Source of the DNA: Chitinophagaceae bacterium BSSC1
Lineage (GTDB): Bacteria; Bacteroidota; Bacteroidia; Chitinophagales; Chitinophagaceae
Reading direction: 5' to 3'
NCBI GenBank assembly: GCA_002256435.1
Contig: NKJC01000002.1
Coordinates: forward strand, 227,996-291,995
DNA length: 64,000 nt
Shown here one piece after another: positions 35,936 to 46,920 of this stretch. The notes under the pieces are model-generated. The model did not search any database. It worked only from the letters and a program-made list of their open reading frames with translations, and was not told the origin of the DNA. Position 1 is the stretch's first letter. Every line of letters begins with the position of its first letter. The position numbers were made by a program, and so were the translations under genes.

Positions 35936-38872
35936 TTAATATACGTTCCAGCCAAAGCTAACATAGTACAATCCACCAATTTGTGGGTTACCAAAACCAG
36001 TACGATAATACCTGTTCAACAAGTTAGTTGCCCCAAGTTTAATCAATGATTTTGTTTTGGGAAGTTTGAAACTTACCATACCATCTAAAGTAGCATATGA
36101 TGGTACTTCACCACTTGCAAAGGTTCCATCATAATGGAAACCATCTAACCATCTATATACAAAACTAAAGCCCATCAAGTTCTTAGGTCCAAAACCAGAA
36201 TTATTGAAGGCAATATTGGTTCTCAAACCTGGAGTGTTGAAATAAGATACAAATCCAGTAGGTGTTTCACCAATTTTATCTGAATAAACGTTGGCACTTA
36301 CAGAGAAGTTCTTAGGCATCAAATACTCAATAGACGCACCCCAACCGCTGGTAGATACATCTTGTGATTGGTTTACAGAAACACTGTACACATTTCTTGT
36401 TTGGCTTGCATTACCGGGAGTATAATTGGGGTTATATCCAATTAAACCAGCTGCAGAACCATTATTAGATTGAATTACAGTTACACCGCCCAAAAAGTCT
36501 TTGTATTTAGCCCAATATGCATAAATATCAATCAACAATTTTTTAGCAATCAAACCTTTGTAACCAACTTCAAAAGAAGTACTTGATTCAGGTTTGAATT
36601 CACCAAACTGTTGTTCCACTAATAAAGCTGGATTAGGCGCACCCGTTGTAGCTAAAGCTGTTCCAAAGGCAGTTACACTTGCCAATGTATAGGCTTTGTT
36701 CCCTGCAAAATTGAAGAAGTCTCTCAATTGAGGTAAACCTCCCATCAAGCGACCAGTTGCAGTGCTCAAGTTGATCCACTGATTCTGAGTAGTTGGAAAA
36801 CGGTAAGCTGATTGGAAAGAGAAACGCAAGTTGTGGTCTTTTACCAATTTAACCACTGCAGAAGCCCTTGGTGTGAAACGGCCTTTAAAGTTGGTATTCT
36901 TATCATACCTACCAGAAAGAGTCAATTTCAAGATATCGCCAAACAATTTCTGAGACAATTGAGCATAAGCTCCAGTTTCATTAATCTTGATTGTTCCAGC
37001 AGTATCAGCAAAAATGGTTCCTTGAGAATTCAATACATATTGTCTCCAAGATCCACCAATCAACAAATCAGTTCCAGATTTAGCAAGACCAAGCGCTTCA
37101 GTCAAATTATATTGACCTTCTGCAGTATATACTTTGGTTCTATCTAAGAACAAACCACCACCTTTAGAAATTGGAGTCTGTGCTACTTTTTGGAATAATG
37201 GGTTGTACAATACAGAACCTGTAGGTCTGCCTTGGTCTGCAAATGACCTAGCAGCATTATGTGCAGTAGCCAAAGGTGCTCCTGCATCAGCAGCTGTTAC
37301 ATAAGCTGCCATATATTGAGGATACCATGTTGGGCTACTTTTCCACGCTTCGTTAAATAAACGGGTAGTGGTAGTAGTTACATAAGAATTACCAGAATTT
37401 TCAGAGGTGGTATAACCACGCAAATACCAGTTCTTAGACTTTAGTTCCAATTTATATTGACCCATTTTAAAGTCCTTAATAGAATAACGGTCAGCACCAG
37501 TATAAACGGTTGTACCAGTACCCCAGTTTGCGGTAAAAGAAGCTTCTACTTTGTCAGATAATTTATAATACAAACCACCAGACAATTTAAAATTCATAGT
37601 AGTTGGATCAATCACATCTTTCTCATCATAACCGGTACGGCTTACAAACTGATTTCTAAAAAGGTTCCGGCTTGGAGATTGTCCATAAATAAAGGGTGAG
37701 CCACCTCCTGCTACAATGGCACCTGCACCAATTGTGTTTAAGAAGTTATTCAAATCTGCCATTTTTGCAAGTGGGTTTGCAGCTAGGAAACCGTTTGAAG
37801 CAGTAACTACTGCAGAAGGGAAACCAGCTAAAACAGTATTAGCAATACTGCTCATATTCTGATTGGTTTCATCACCATAAACATTCACACCATCATAGTT
37901 GGGATCAGATTCTCTCCAACCTGGAATCACATTACCATTTGGATTAGCAGCACTTGACAAACGAGAATAGTTCTCTGTTTGGTTTGCCAACCAGTCTTGG
38001 GCTTGTGTAAATTGAGCCCCTAATTTGTATGCAAATTTTTCAGAAACTTTGTCTGCAAATCTTACTGACCAATCATAAAAAGGAGAAATATCACGTTGTT
38101 TATTGTCTACGTGATTCATCCCTTGTTTGATTTGGAAACTCATACCTTGGTATTTGAATGGGTTTTTGCTGTTAATTAAAACAGTACCATTCATACCACC
38201 AGGACCGTATAGCGCAGAAGATGCACCAGGCAATAATTCAATATTGTCTACATCCAATTCAGTCAAACCAATGATATTACCCACAGAGAAGTTCAAACCT
38301 GGAGCTTGGTTATCCATACCATCAACAATCTGGTTTAAACGGGTATTACCACTGCTATTAAATCCACGAGTACCAATACTTTTGAAAGTAAGACTGGCTG
38401 TTACCACGTCTACCCCTTTCAAATTAGTAATCATGTCATAATAGTTGGTAGCTGGAGTTTGACGAATGGCACTTTGACCAATTCTTTCAATAGAAACAGG
38501 TGATTCCAAAATTCTTTCTGGAACCCTTGATGCTGCAACAACAACTTCGTCTCCTAAGGTAAATGCTGCTTCTAATTCAACATCAACCACTTGTTCTGCA
38601 GATTTAACCACTACTTCTTTATTGGTATAACCAACAGAAGAAATAATCACTGTTATTGGCAGTTTTTGAACTGTTGTTAATTTAAAATTACCCTTATCAT
38701 CGGTAAATGTACCTGTTGTACCACCTTTTACAGTGACAGAAACGGCAGAAACCGCTTCCTTAGATTTAGCGTTTTTGACACTACCTTTTACAGTAGTATT
38801 TTGGGCAAAGGAACTAATCGATAAGCCCAAAGCCAAAATTACTAACACGCAATTCGTGAAGAATCTTCTCAT
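35936..38872 (-). CDS. TonB-dependent receptor with an N-terminal carboxypeptidase-regulatory-like domain
   Basis: The ATG at 38872 gives the MRRFFTNCVLVILALGL signal peptide. It has a CarbopepD_reg-like segment (VKGSVKNAKSKEAVSAVSVTVKGG), a plug domain, and a C-terminal beta-barrel ending ...GWNVY. No SusD-like gene is adjacent. Confidence 0.85.
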   Translation of the reverse strand: MRRFFTNCVLVILALGLSISSFAQNTTVKGSVKNAKSKEAVSAVSVTVKGGTTGTFTDDKGNFKLTTVQKLPITVIISSVGYTNKEVVVKSAEQVVDVELEAAFTLGDEVVVAASRVPERILESPVSIERIGQSAIRQTPATNYYDMITNLKGVDVVTASLTFKSIGTRGFNSSGNTRLNQIVDGMDNQAPGLNFSVGNIIGLTELDVDNIELLPGASSALYGPGGMNGTVLINSKNPFKYQGMSFQIKQGMNHVDNKQRDISPFYDWSVRFADKVSEKFAYKLGAQFTQAQDWLANQTENYSRLSSAANPNGNVIPGWRESDPNYDGVNVYGDETNQNMSSIANTVLAGFPSAVVTASNGFLAANPLAKMADLNNFLNTIGAGAIVAGGGSPFIYGQSPSRNLFRNQFVSRTGYDEKDVIDPTTMNFKLSGGLYYKLSDKVEASFTANWGTGTTVYTGADRYSIKDFKMGQYKLELKSKNWYLRGYTTSENSGNSYVTTTTTRLFNEAWKSSPTWYPQYMAAYVTAADAGAPLATAHNAARSFADQGRPTGSVLYNPLFQKVAQTPISKGGGLFLDRTKVYTAEGQYNLTEALGLAKSGTDLLIGGSWRQYVLNSQGTIFADTAGTIKINETGAYAQLSQKLFGDILKLTLSGRYDKNTNFKGRFTPRASAVVKLVKDHNLRFSFQSAYRFPTTQNQWINLSTATGRLMGGLPQLRDFFNFAGNKAYTLASVTAFGTALATTGAPNPALLVEQQFGEFKPESSTSFEVGYKGLIAKKLLIDIYAYWAKYKDFLGGVTVIQSNNGSAAGLIGYNPNYTPGNASQTRNVYSVSVNQSQDVSTSGWGASIEYLMPKNFSVSANVYSDKIGETPTGFVSYFNTPGLRTNIAFNNSGFGPKNLMGFSFVYRWLDGFHYDGTFASGEVPSYATLDGMVSFKLPKTKSLIKLGATNLLNRYYRTGFGNPQIGGLYYVSFGWNVY

Positions 38873-39018
38873 AATAGCAAGTTTTATTAGATGGTTTTGA
38901 TAAAAGTAGCAATTGTTAGTTTTCTGCAAAAATTTAATTTGTCCACAAAAGGCAGGTCCTTGTTGAGAAAAACAAAGGCAGTTCCAACAATTTTAAAAAT
39001 TGAAGTCTATTTTTGTTT

Positions 39019-39945
39019 ATGCATAATTTTCAATTCCCAGGTCAAAAATCCATCTATCATGGAAAGGTGAGAGATGTATATAGTATACATGATGATTTAT
39101 TAGTAATGATTGCTAGTAATCGAATTTCTGCATTTGATGTGATACTTCCTAAGCCAATTCCGTATAAAGGACAGGTTTTAAACCAAATTGCAGCCATAAT
39201 GTTGGATGCAACCAAAGACATATGTCCAAATTGGCTTATATCTACCCCCGCTCCAAATGTTTCTTTAGGGAAAAAATGTATCCCATTTAAAATTGAAATG
39301 GTGGTGAGAGGCAACTTAGTAGGGCATGCTTGGAGAACCTATCAAGCTGGTAAAAGAGAACTTTGTGGAGCCATTTTGCCAGATGGATTAAAGGAAAATG
39401 ATTTTTTCCCTACCCCCATTATTACCCCATCTACCAAAGCAGAAGCTGGACATGACGAAGATATTTCACCCAAAGAGATTTTAGCAACTGGACTTGCATC
39501 TGAAGCTGATTGGGCCATTTTAGAAAAATACGCTCTTGCATTGTTTAATAGAGGCAAAGAAATAGCTGCAAGTAAAGGGTTGATATTAGCCGATACCAAA
39601 TATGAATTTGGAAAAATTGGTAACACTATCTATTTAATGGATGAAGTACATACCCCGGATTCTTCAAGGTATTTTTATGCCGATGGATTTGAAGCAAGAC
39701 AAGCCTCAGGAGAAAAACAAAAACAGCTTAGTAAAGAGTTTGTAAGGGAATGGTTGATAGCTAATAATTTCATGGGAAAAGAAGGACAAACCGTTCCAGA
39801 AATGACCGATGAGTGGATTGACACCATTAGCAAACGTTATATTGAATTATATGAAAAAGTTAGTGGTAAAACTTTTGTGCCTGAAACTGTTGAAGATGAT
39901 ATTGTAGTACAAAAAGTAACGGAAGCTTTAGCTTCAATTAATTAA
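39019..39945 (+). CDS. purC: Phosphoribosylaminoimidazole-succinocarboxamide synthase
   Basis: 308 aa from ATG 39019, long-form SAICAR synthetase ([15 protein letters not shown]). Confidence 0.95.
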   Translation: MHNFQFPGQKSIYHGKVRDVYSIHDDLLVMIASNRISAFDVILPKPIPYKGQVLNQIAAIMLDATKDICPNWLISTPAPNVSLGKKCIPFKIEMVVRGNLVGHAWRTYQAGKRELCGAILPDGLKENDFFPTPIITPSTKAEAGHDEDISPKEILATGLASEADWAILEKYALALFNRGKEIAASKGLILADTKYEFGKIGNTIYLMDEVHTPDSSRYFYADGFEARQASGEKQKQLSKEFVREWLIANNFMGKEGQTVPEMTDEWIDTISKRYIELYEKVSGKTFVPETVEDDIVVQKVTEALASIN

Positions 39946-39951
39946 AAAAAA

Positions 39952-39976
39952 GGGGATGAATTTCACCCCCTTTTTT
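39952..39976. terminator. Bidirectional terminator between convergent purC and a TonB-dependent receptor gene
   Basis: GGGGATGA-ATT-TCACCCCC stem-loop flanked by an A-run and a T-run. Confidence 0.7.
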
Positions 39977-39986
39977 GTGCATCTAA

Positions 39987-42197
39987 TTAAAATGATGCTT
40001 TTAAACTAAAAATGAAGTTTCTTCCAGGTGCTGAAATTCCACTAGCAAAATATCGATAATTGCGATCTAGCAAATTTTCAACTTGTAATTGCGCAGATAA
40101 GTTGTTTCCAAGATTTACTTGACCCCTCAAATTCAAAGTAAACCAAGAGGGCATTCCATCAACTGTTGCATATTGTTGGTTATCTTCTCCATTAGGATTG
40201 TAGTCTGCTATTTTCTTCCATCCATTGAACAAGCTATACAATTCACCTAACCAAACTTTACCTTCGTGTTTAAATCCAATTCTGCCAAATGTAGGTGGAA
40301 TATGATCCAAAGGCATAGATACACCAGCATTGGTGTAAGTGCCTTTTGTATAAGTATAGACCGCGTCAAAACTATTTTGTTTGTCTATCTTATAAGTAGC
40401 ATTTAAACTGAAACCTACCACATAAGCTTTTGCCTTATTTTGAGGGGCAAATACGGCACTTTTTACACCTTGATAATTGATACTATCTTGGTTATTGAAT
40501 TGAAATTTGTCAACTACAATAGCATTTCTAAACCAGGTATAAAATACAGATCCGCCAAAATTGAAGTGCTCACTGTACTTGTTGAAATTTACTTCTGCAT
40601 TATAGGTATACTCAGGTTTCAAATCTTTATTAGGTACCACCACATAACCGGTTTTTGTATCAAAGACCTTGGTTAAATCATCCACATTGGGTGATCTAAA
40701 TCCACTGCTTAATAAAAAAGCTAGTCTAAAATCCTTAGGGCTTGCATAAACCAACCCTAGATTGCCTGTTATAGCAGTATGAGTTTGTTCTGCCTTTACA
40801 AATGGAAAATGCATTAAAGTAGTATCGGCAAATCTAGCATCCAAACTAACCAGATTAAAACGAAGACCATCATTCAAGGTCCAAGCATCATTGATTTTAT
40901 ACGTATGCTGAGCATAAATGGCATTAGAGCTCATTTTTGTAGGTCCATCACTGTATCTGGTGGTAATCCTACTCAGTGCCCCAGTTGCTACATTCATTCG
41001 CTCAGCTGTAGATCTAACATAATTGGTATAAGACTCTAGCCCAATATGCAATTCATTTTTACCAGATTTGTGTTTGGCATCCATATTAAATCCCCAAACA
41101 TTAACACGTTCCCATCTTGAGTCTCGGTTATTGTTTTTGAATCTCCTAGTAATCCTACTTTCTTCTATATCTTGGTAACTAGCAATGATTTTTAAATCTT
41201 GAAAAAATCCAACCAATTTATTGGCAGAAAATTGATAAGACACTAAATTTTTAACTTGAGGACCGTAATACCATTCCGCATATACAGGTGCTCCACTGGC
41301 TGTTTCAGTTAACCTATCATAACGCTGTACATTACTGCTATTACCAATTTGAATATTTAATAAGTGCTGCATATTTTCAGATGGCTGAAATAGGATTTTT
41401 TGAGCAATATCAACTTGTTTATAATCGCTAGCAACTTGTTTATTGGGATCGGGATTCACAAAAGCACTATCTGTATTGCCAACTCTTTGCACATAAAATG
41501 GTTTTAAGCCAAAATTGGGATAAGCAGATTGTCTTTGTTTACCTTGTATTACGTCTCCAAATACGCCATAAGTGATTGAGGTGAAAGAAGCCCATTTTTT
41601 AGATGCAATGTTAAAATCTATATGCCCCCTAGCTTCTTGTGTAGCGGTTGCATATCTAGCCAAAGCATTGCCTGTAACAAATGTTTTATCGCTCTTAGAA
41701 AGTACAGGATTTTTAGTATACATACTTACAACCCCACCCAAAGCATCACTTCCATATAAAGTAGAGGATGGTCCATAAATCACTTCCATTCTATCTAGTA
41801 TAGTATTATCAACCGTAATAATGTTTTGTAGGTGACCAGCTCTATAGATGGCATTGTTCATTCGAACACCATCTACCATTAACAATACCCTACTTGCTTC
41901 AAAACCACGAATTACTGGGCTACTTCCACCCTGCTGGCTTTTTTGCACAAACACAGCGCCGCTATTCAATAATACATCTCCCGCGTTGGGCTGATTATTA
42001 AGGGCATTTTTATCCTTGATTACTTTTATGGATTGAGTAACATATTTGAGTTTCTCTGGAAACTTATTTGCATATACAACCACTTCACCCAAACTTACGG
42101 GTTCGTTTTGTAGAGTATCAATTGTCTTATTTACTTGTGCGTTTACACAAATAGTTAATATAACGGCAATAGCCGTTAAGTAGCATTTGTTTTTCAT
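39987..42197 (-). CDS. TonB-dependent receptor
   Basis: 736 aa with a signal peptide, plug domain (RGFEASRVLLMVDGVRMNNAIYRAGHLQN), and a C-terminal ...FSLKASF terminus. Confidence 0.85.
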   Translation of the reverse strand: MKNKCYLTAIAVILTICVNAQVNKTIDTLQNEPVSLGEVVVYANKFPEKLKYVTQSIKVIKDKNALNNQPNAGDVLLNSGAVFVQKSQQGGSSPVIRGFEASRVLLMVDGVRMNNAIYRAGHLQNIITVDNTILDRMEVIYGPSSTLYGSDALGGVVSMYTKNPVLSKSDKTFVTGNALARYATATQEARGHIDFNIASKKWASFTSITYGVFGDVIQGKQRQSAYPNFGLKPFYVQRVGNTDSAFVNPDPNKQVASDYKQVDIAQKILFQPSENMQHLLNIQIGNSSNVQRYDRLTETASGAPVYAEWYYGPQVKNLVSYQFSANKLVGFFQDLKIIASYQDIEESRITRRFKNNNRDSRWERVNVWGFNMDAKHKSGKNELHIGLESYTNYVRSTAERMNVATGALSRITTRYSDGPTKMSSNAIYAQHTYKINDAWTLNDGLRFNLVSLDARFADTTLMHFPFVKAEQTHTAITGNLGLVYASPKDFRLAFLLSSGFRSPNVDDLTKVFDTKTGYVVVPNKDLKPEYTYNAEVNFNKYSEHFNFGGSVFYTWFRNAIVVDKFQFNNQDSINYQGVKSAVFAPQNKAKAYVVGFSLNATYKIDKQNSFDAVYTYTKGTYTNAGVSMPLDHIPPTFGRIGFKHEGKVWLGELYSLFNGWKKIADYNPNGEDNQQYATVDGMPSWFTLNLRGQVNLGNNLSAQLQVENLLDRNYRYFASGISAPGRNFIFSLKASF

Positions 42198-42230
42198 TAA
42201 GAAAGATTAGATGAGAAATTATAATTGAAC

Positions 42231-42773
42231 TTAGCTTTCAATCATCTCATCTGGAGGAGGAACCGTAATCTCAAGTGTATTAAAAAGTACAGATTCATTG
42301 AAACCTTTAAACTTGAATCTTAACTGACTAGGTATTAAATAATGTACTTGATGCTTGACAGATTCAAAACTGAGTGAAACTAATTTTTGAAATGCAGCAG
42401 TAGAACTAGCTTTGGGATTATTTTGTTTTTGATGAATTTCATCTAAGTGTTTCTCAAGTTTATTTTCCCCACTATCATTATAACAATAGACAACCATTTT
42501 CTGGTTATGCTCTTCCATTTTCACAACATCATACATGTTGTTGTTATACTTAAATTCTTTACCTGCTTCTTCCCATTCAAAATTAGAAGCCTGTATTTTA
42601 CCATCTTTAAATTCAAATTGAAAAACGGACAAGAAATCACCTGTAGGATTAGTTTTAAGAAATTGATGCGCTTCAATTTTTAATTCTAGCCTATAGCATG
42701 CACTTATTATTTGGTAGCCCCCCAAATAAATTATCATGCAAAATAATAATATGAATGATCCCGCTTTTCTCAC
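42231..42773 (-). CDS. Hypothetical membrane-anchored protein or candidate lipoprotein, co-oriented 33 nt upstream of the TonB-dependent receptor gene
   Basis: 180 aa. GTG at 42773 is the first canonical start after an in-frame TAG. The N-terminus is MRKAGSFILLFCMIIYLGGYQIISAC, with a lipobox-like ISAC. Confidence 0.5.
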   Translation of the reverse strand: MRKAGSFILLFCMIIYLGGYQIISACYRLELKIEAHQFLKTNPTGDFLSVFQFEFKDGKIQASNFEWEEAGKEFKYNNNMYDVVKMEEHNQKMVVYCYNDSGENKLEKHLDEIHQKQNNPKASSTAAFQKLVSLSFESVKHQVHYLIPSQLRFKFKGFNESVLFNTLEITVPPPDEMIES

Positions 42774-42848
42774 AGTAGAACTTGCAATATAACCAACCTA
42801 ATAAATTCTATTCAAAAAATTACCTGAATGGCATTTTTGTAGTAAATG

Positions 42849-43877
42849 TTATAATCTAGGCCTAAGCCTTTGTCTGCTTTTATTGAAAATATGTTGACCG
42901 TTGTCTTGACCTTGACGTATGGCTTTTTGCCTTTCAACGGGCAAATGCAGGGTCTCTTGGCAAGGTTCACTGCAACATCCCTGATATTTTTCAGCACAAC
43001 TTGAACATTGAATAAATAATAAATGGCAACCGTTATTAGCACAATTGGTATGGGTATCACAAACTGCACCACACTGGTGACAATGTGCAATGATGTCATT
43101 AGTAATTCTTTCTCCCAAACGGTTATCAAATACAAAGTTCTTGCCAATGAATTTGGGTGCTAGTCCCATTTCTTTGGCTTGCTTAGCATAATTAATGATT
43201 CCGCCTTCTAGATGAAACACGTTATTAAATCCCTGGTGTTTTAAATAAGCACTTGCTTTCTCGCATCTAATTCCCCCAGTACAATACATGACAATATTTT
43301 TATCCTCATTACCCTTAATCATATCAATAGTCATGGGTAATTGTTCTCTAAAAGTATCTGATGGAACTTCTAATGCGTTTTCAAAATGCCCCACTTCAAA
43401 CTCATAGTGGTTACGCATATCAATCAAAATAGTATTGGGTTGTTCAATTAGGGCATTCATTTCTGCCGCATTCACATATTTACCCTTGTTTTCCATACTA
43501 AAGCTTGGATCCTCAATTCCATCTGCTACAATCTTTTCTCGTACTTTAATTTTTAGCACCCAGAAACTCTTTCCATCATCATCAACTGCAATATTGAGTC
43601 TCAAACCATTGAGGTATTCTAAACTATATAAAAAGGATTTAAAAGGTTCAAAATTGGAGCTAGGGACACTGATTTGGGCATTGATACCTTCTTTGGCAAC
43701 ATAAATTCTACCAAAAACTTGAAGGATATTCAATGCTTTATACAGCATGTTACGGTACTCCAAAGGATTGGTAATAGGAAAATACTGGTAAAAACTAATG
43801 GTGGTCCTTGATTCGGTTTCCTCCATGAGGCGCTGTTTTAGCTCCTCGTTGTTCACGCGGTTGTGTAATACTGGCAT
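42849..43877 (-). CDS. trhO: Rhodanese-domain UPF0176 / tRNA uridine(34) hydroxylase family protein
   Basis: 342 aa with a rhodanese active-site loop ([11 protein letters not shown]) and a Cys-rich C-terminal tail. Confidence 0.8.
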   Translation of the reverse strand: MPVLHNRVNNEELKQRLMEETESRTTISFYQYFPITNPLEYRNMLYKALNILQVFGRIYVAKEGINAQISVPSSNFEPFKSFLYSLEYLNGLRLNIAVDDDGKSFWVLKIKVREKIVADGIEDPSFSMENKGKYVNAAEMNALIEQPNTILIDMRNHYEFEVGHFENALEVPSDTFREQLPMTIDMIKGNEDKNIVMYCTGGIRCEKASAYLKHQGFNNVFHLEGGIINYAKQAKEMGLAPKFIGKNFVFDNRLGERITNDIIAHCHQCGAVCDTHTNCANNGCHLLFIQCSSCAEKYQGCCSEPCQETLHLPVERQKAIRQGQDNGQHIFNKSRQRLRPRL

Positions 43878-43995
43878 AATTTAATTTTAGACATCTTCTA
43901 AAGATGTTCCATACGAATATGTGAGCCGCTTGCAGGGCAGCCAAAATTGGAGCCAAAGATACTAAAACCCGTTAAAAAAGCATCTAGCCTAAGAA

Positions 43996-46464
43996 TTACC
44001 TTGAAAGTAAGGGTAAGGACAATCTAAATCCAGTTGGTTTAGCACCAGATTTTTCAAACCCTTGAACAAAGTCAATTCTAATAACTTTGAAAATATTTTC
44101 AATGCCAAAATAGGTTTCTAGATATTGTTGGTCTGGTGCAATATGTAATGCACTTGCACCCGTAACAAAAAACCAATTTAATTTTTTGAAACCTGGAATC
44201 TTATTGGTTAATAACCCATTAAAATGGTACTCAATATGGCCACTAGCATTAAAATTTGCATGATTGCTATATTGGTAATAAGGAGCTAATTGAAAACTAT
44301 TTAAGAAATTACTAGCAAGGAATAACTGATTCCCCTGAAAATGTAAATAATCAGGAATAAAGGTTTTCTGGTCATTGAGGAATCCGGCTACGGCAAAGTT
44401 ATAATTCAATCTTCCAGCTAATTTCAGATTCAAATTATCATTGATACTAAATCGCCATTTGGTATAATGTACATCGCTTCCCAATAAACCTTCAATACCC
44501 GTTGTGATACTAGCATTAAATATGGGATACCTTGAACCTATATTGATTTTCTGATCTGGGAATTCAATATACCTAGCACCAGGCCTCCAACGAGCTGATA
44601 AAGTTAATAGACTTGCCTTATTAGCAATCATATTGGCATTGGTGATTTCTGTTGGATAATTGGGCGTAAAATCTCTATCGGGATAATCTTTCCATCTTGG
44701 TAGGTCCGGAAGATTTTCTAATGGTCTTCTATTTTGAAATTGGAATTCTGCGCCAAAATTCAACCCGCTACCAGCATCAGCTTCAAACCTCATTTTGAAA
44801 AAGCCAGCTTCATAAATCTTCATATAATTAAACTCATTCCTCAATGTTACAAAGCTGTTCAAAATGGGTAATATAGGTGCCGCATTATTAAATTGAAATA
44901 CATCTGACCCACCAGAAATAGTTAGGTTTTTCCGATACTTTTTTCCATAGGTATAATTAAAGGCCAAGGATCCATTCCAATGCTGGTTGGCCATGCCGTA
45001 TCTAATAACAGGACTAATAGATATGGCCTCGCGTCCTTTGAAACCTTTGTTATAATCCATGGATAATTGCAACACGCCCCCTTCCACCGTATTGTAATAC
45101 AGACTTCTAATCAACGGATTGATACTAAAGGATGATTTATTCTTAGTGTGTCCAAAATTGAGACCAGTTAAAAGAAGTCCTGATATACCAAATTTGTTTC
45201 TTCTTCTATCAAGTGAATCCATATAGTGCGGATTCTTTCTAACTTCTTCTAAACTATCAAGTTTTTTATAGGTTTTCTGCTCTTCTAAAACCAATGGAAT
45301 AGGCCTAATACTATCCCAATAAGCCATGTTTTTTTTATTGGCACTGTCTTCAAATTTGAGAATGGTATTGTCAAAAAATTTACGTTTGAATGTTGGATTT
45401 AAATCAAACTTATCATAGACCTGCAAGAAATTGCCCCAAAAATCAAAACCCAATATTTTCCCTGAAGGATACAATACTTGAGATTTGATTACCCAAGTCT
45501 TATTAGATATAGGAACATACAATTGCTCAAGTACAAGTGTATCCAAGAGTTGCATTCCTTGTTCTTTTAACAATTTTACCTGAACTGCTTGAATTCTCCA
45601 TTCGTCTTCCACAATATTGATATAACCAGAAAATAGTGGTTCAAATTTTCTTTTTGGGGTCACTTTAATCCTACTAATCTCTTTTCCATTTTCAAAAAAT
45701 GTTCCTTCAAAATGGTATTTGTAAAAAGACAATGCATTATTGGCAATGGGAGAAACAAAACCTCTGGGATTGAGCCCCCTACCCAAAGACACAATATTTT
45801 CATACAAAGAAATAATCTGTGGATTGGCAAAACCAAACCCATCGCTTTGACCACCCACTTTTGAAGATAAAACTTCCGTTTTCCTAGATAAGGGTTCTTG
45901 AACAGAATATCGGACTACTGACTCCGACAAGAAAATCATTTTCTTTTTACTAGTATCTCCGTCTTCAAAATCAACCGTTTTACCCATGAATTTTTTTGGA
46001 TAATTCCTCAATTGTAATTGTCCCTTTAAATAGACTTCACATTGAAAACGTTTAACTTCTTTTAAATGCTCTTCTCTGCTAGCAATAGCTTTTCTAATAA
46101 TAGCATAAGCAGGGTCTTCTGCCCCAGAACTAACTATCACTTCTTTTAAATCGTAGCGTTGCAATTCTAATTCAAAATCCAGTTCTAGATTGCTATTTCC
46201 AACAGTGATTTGCTTTTCAATTGATTTGTGACCAATATGTTGTGCAACCAAGATCAGTTTACCTGGATCAACTTGAAAAGAATAATACCCTTTTGCATTG
46301 GCGGTTGTTCCTTTGGAACTGCCTTTAATCATTACTGAAGCAAAGGGCAATGGCTGCCCACCAGCTTCACGGACAATTCCAGAAACAGTAGCGGCCTGAA
46401 CAATTGGATAGCAAGATAAAATGATGATGGATAAAAGCAGTTGCCTAAAAACTTGGTTTTGCAT
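43996..46464 (-). CDS. Large outer-membrane-type protein with a carboxypeptidase-regulatory-like N-domain (DUF5686-like)
   Basis: 822 aa with a signal peptide, VSGIVREAGGQPLPFASVMIKGSSKGTTANAKGYY, and a long beta-rich C-terminal region. No TonB plug motifs were noted. Confidence 0.65.
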   Translation of the reverse strand: MQNQVFRQLLLSIIILSCYPIVQAATVSGIVREAGGQPLPFASVMIKGSSKGTTANAKGYYSFQVDPGKLILVAQHIGHKSIEKQITVGNSNLELDFELELQRYDLKEVIVSSGAEDPAYAIIRKAIASREEHLKEVKRFQCEVYLKGQLQLRNYPKKFMGKTVDFEDGDTSKKKMIFLSESVVRYSVQEPLSRKTEVLSSKVGGQSDGFGFANPQIISLYENIVSLGRGLNPRGFVSPIANNALSFYKYHFEGTFFENGKEISRIKVTPKRKFEPLFSGYINIVEDEWRIQAVQVKLLKEQGMQLLDTLVLEQLYVPISNKTWVIKSQVLYPSGKILGFDFWGNFLQVYDKFDLNPTFKRKFFDNTILKFEDSANKKNMAYWDSIRPIPLVLEEQKTYKKLDSLEEVRKNPHYMDSLDRRRNKFGISGLLLTGLNFGHTKNKSSFSINPLIRSLYYNTVEGGVLQLSMDYNKGFKGREAISISPVIRYGMANQHWNGSLAFNYTYGKKYRKNLTISGGSDVFQFNNAAPILPILNSFVTLRNEFNYMKIYEAGFFKMRFEADAGSGLNFGAEFQFQNRRPLENLPDLPRWKDYPDRDFTPNYPTEITNANMIANKASLLTLSARWRPGARYIEFPDQKINIGSRYPIFNASITTGIEGLLGSDVHYTKWRFSINDNLNLKLAGRLNYNFAVAGFLNDQKTFIPDYLHFQGNQLFLASNFLNSFQLAPYYQYSNHANFNASGHIEYHFNGLLTNKIPGFKKLNWFFVTGASALHIAPDQQYLETYFGIENIFKVIRIDFVQGFEKSGAKPTGFRLSLPLLSR

Positions 46465-46554
46465 AAGCGGGAATTATCACGAATTTAACTACCTACAGCA
46501 TCATAGGTATTTCCTCTTATGTAAAAAACTGTGCTTTAACGATTGTTTATAATA

Positions 46555-46911
46555 TTATTCTGTCTTAGACTTCCTAAAAGTGCTCCCAGATGTAGCTGCT
46601 AGCCCACTAACTAGACCTCCCAAAAAAGCTGTAATGAGAATTAACAGCGTATAAGATCCTCCTAATGGAAAGAGTTTGGCAACTTTGGTACTAAGAATAT
46701 GTTCATTGGCATTGTCTTTTAAAATAGCTAATAATCCCCACAAAAGAAATAGCCCAATAAAGCCAGACAAAAATGCTTTTCCAGGTTTTTGATGTACCGT
46801 CATTGCAACAACAAATGAAGTAAACACAAATGACCACCATGGCAAATTGGTAAATAGTCCAATAACATAGGCCAGAAATCCAGTTAAAAATAATGCGGTT
46901 ACAAATTTCAT
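46555..46911 (-). CDS. Small integral membrane protein (about 4 TM)
   Basis: 118 aa and highly hydrophobic. It lies 9 nt downstream of the acylase gene. Confidence 0.55.
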   Translation of the reverse strand: MKFVTALFLTGFLAYVIGLFTNLPWWSFVFTSFVVAMTVHQKPGKAFLSGFIGLFLLWGLLAILKDNANEHILSTKVAKLFPLGGSYTLLILITAFLGGLVSGLAATSGSTFRKSKTE

Positions 46912-46920
46912 AATATTGTT

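Noticed and set aside
42812-43147. 111-aa ORF overlapping the 3' part of trhO on the same strand
   Set aside because: It is an alternative frame inside a conserved Cys-rich TrhO C-terminal region, and nothing independent supports it.
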